Part shown: piece after piece, positions 63,256-64,000 of the stretch
Numbering within the stretch: position 1 is the first letter of the stretch
Layout: each line of letters begins with the position of its first letter
Source: Sphaeroforma arctica JP610
Lineage: Eukaryota
NCBI RefSeq assembly: GCF_001186125.1
Contig: NW_014040556.1
Location: 147,787 to 211,786 of the forward strand
Direction of reading: 5' to 3'
DNA length: 64,000 nt
The notes under the pieces: model-generated
Database searches by the model: none
Told to the model about the DNA's origin: nothing
Seen by the model: only the letters and a program-made list of their open reading frames with translations
Position numbers and translations under genes: made by a program

Positions 63256-63392
63256 ATGTGGGGTGTTCATTAGACAGCGTCGTCTCGTCAAAGTCCCAGA
63301 GAAAACCCCCATCTCGTTACTATATAAGTTGACTTTTTTTATATATATACCTCATATTTACACATCAAGCTTCAACTACAACATTGGATACA

Positions 63393-64000
63393 ATGCTCAC
63401 CCTCCCCCGTATCTCCATCGACGTATGGTGTGGTATCCTTCCGTATCTGGAAATGAAGGATGTTTGTGAGCTGACCAGGGTCAACAAGCACCTCGCAGCA
63501 CTCAAACTTCCGGTTTTACATCTGGGGTACCGGACAGTGAACTGGCGTGCTGTATCTCGCACACCAGAGGTGTTTCCCTTTATACGATCGTTGAGATATT
63601 CCGGCAACGATTTCAAGGTGTTGGCCGAGTGTGCTGGGCTAGTTAAGCTGCGGGCTGAAACACGCACGGGTTTCGTAGATGTTGGTGAGCTGGCCGGAAC
63701 GAAGCTAAAGAGCCTTACTTTATGTGGAAACGTCTCTGGTATTGGCGGGTTGGCACACTTGACGGAGATAGACTTGGGCGGGACTATGGTCGTCGATGTT
63801 GGTGCGCTTGGAGAGTGTTTGAACCTAACGACTGTGGACTTGCGCGAGACTGATGTCAAAAACATTAGTGCCCTCAAAACCTGTTTGAAATTGACACGTG
63901 TGGACGTTTGCGATACTGCCGTGGAAGACATTGGTGCACTCAGTGGCTGTCTGGAACTAAGGGAGGCCTACTTTAGCAACACTAGGGTCAGCAACATTCG
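63393..64000 (+). CDS. F-box + leucine-rich repeat protein, truncated by the window end (absent from the ORF track)
   Basis: Hand translation: MLTLPRISIDVWCGILPYLEMKDVCELTRVNKHL (F-box-like), then LRRs LTEIDLGGTMVVDVGALGECLNLTTVDLRETDVKNISALKTCLKL. Confidence 0.8.
   Translation, partial: MLTLPRISIDVWCGILPYLEMKDVCELTRVNKHLAALKLPVLHLGYRTVNWRAVSRTPEVFPFIRSLRYSGNDFKVLAECAGLVKLRAETRTGFVDVGELAGTKLKSLTLCGNVSGIGGLAHLTEIDLGGTMVVDVGALGECLNLTTVDLRETDVKNISALKTCLKLTRVDVCDTAVEDIGALSGCLELREAYFSNTRVSNI

Larger units (their letters stand above)
47700..64000. mobile_element. Putative endogenous giant DNA virus (GEVE-like) island; left edge approximate, right edge beyond the window
   Basis: Abrupt change to intronless, tightly packed ORFs without TA/TG microsatellites. 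Gene families are typical of large DNA viruses of eukaryotes (S74 fibres, Vsr-like nuclease, ARTs, F-box/LRR, RING). No hallmark core gene is seen. Confidence 0.75.

Noticed and set aside
63365..63931. 188-aa minus-strand ORF
   Set aside because: Antisense shadow of the plus-strand F-box/LRR gene.
47871..64000. Bacterial contamination or prophage
   Set aside because: C2H2 arrays, RING and F-box domains are eukaryote-directed, and no operon or Shine-Dalgarno pattern is evident. A chimeric join still needs read-level exclusion.

Overview
Eukaryotic genomic window in two parts. Bases 1 to about 45,500 are intron-rich host DNA with (TA)n/(TG)n/(TATG)n microsatellites and N gaps. This part encodes VPS20/CHMP6 (first exon), an NXPE/PC-esterase-like SGNH protein, a channel-type CLC with Ala at the gating glutamate, a Pho81/NUC-2-like SPX-ankyrin-pseudo-GDPD protein, TTC1, HEATR5/Laa1, a MAP kinase phosphatase and a Myc homologue. 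That gene set suggests a unicellular holozoan such as an ichthyosporean (inference). After an AT-rich spacer and a telomere-like motif framed by an inverted repeat (about 47,700-47,811), the sequence becomes an intronless, gene-dense island that runs off the window end. It resembles an endogenous giant DNA virus: RING protein, two ADP-ribosyltransferases, membrane-anchored GH114, an 11-finger C2H2 array fused to a Vsr/PD-(D/E)XK-type nuclease, a kinase, an ASCH + 2OG-Fe(II) oxygenase fusion, two YadA-like fibres with S74 chaperones, and an F-box/LRR. Its intergenic DNA is built from reused modules: four same-orientation heptamer arrays, three ~120-bp palindromic cassettes and shorter shared blocks. 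No capsid or polymerase hallmark gene is in the window, so the viral class is unproven.
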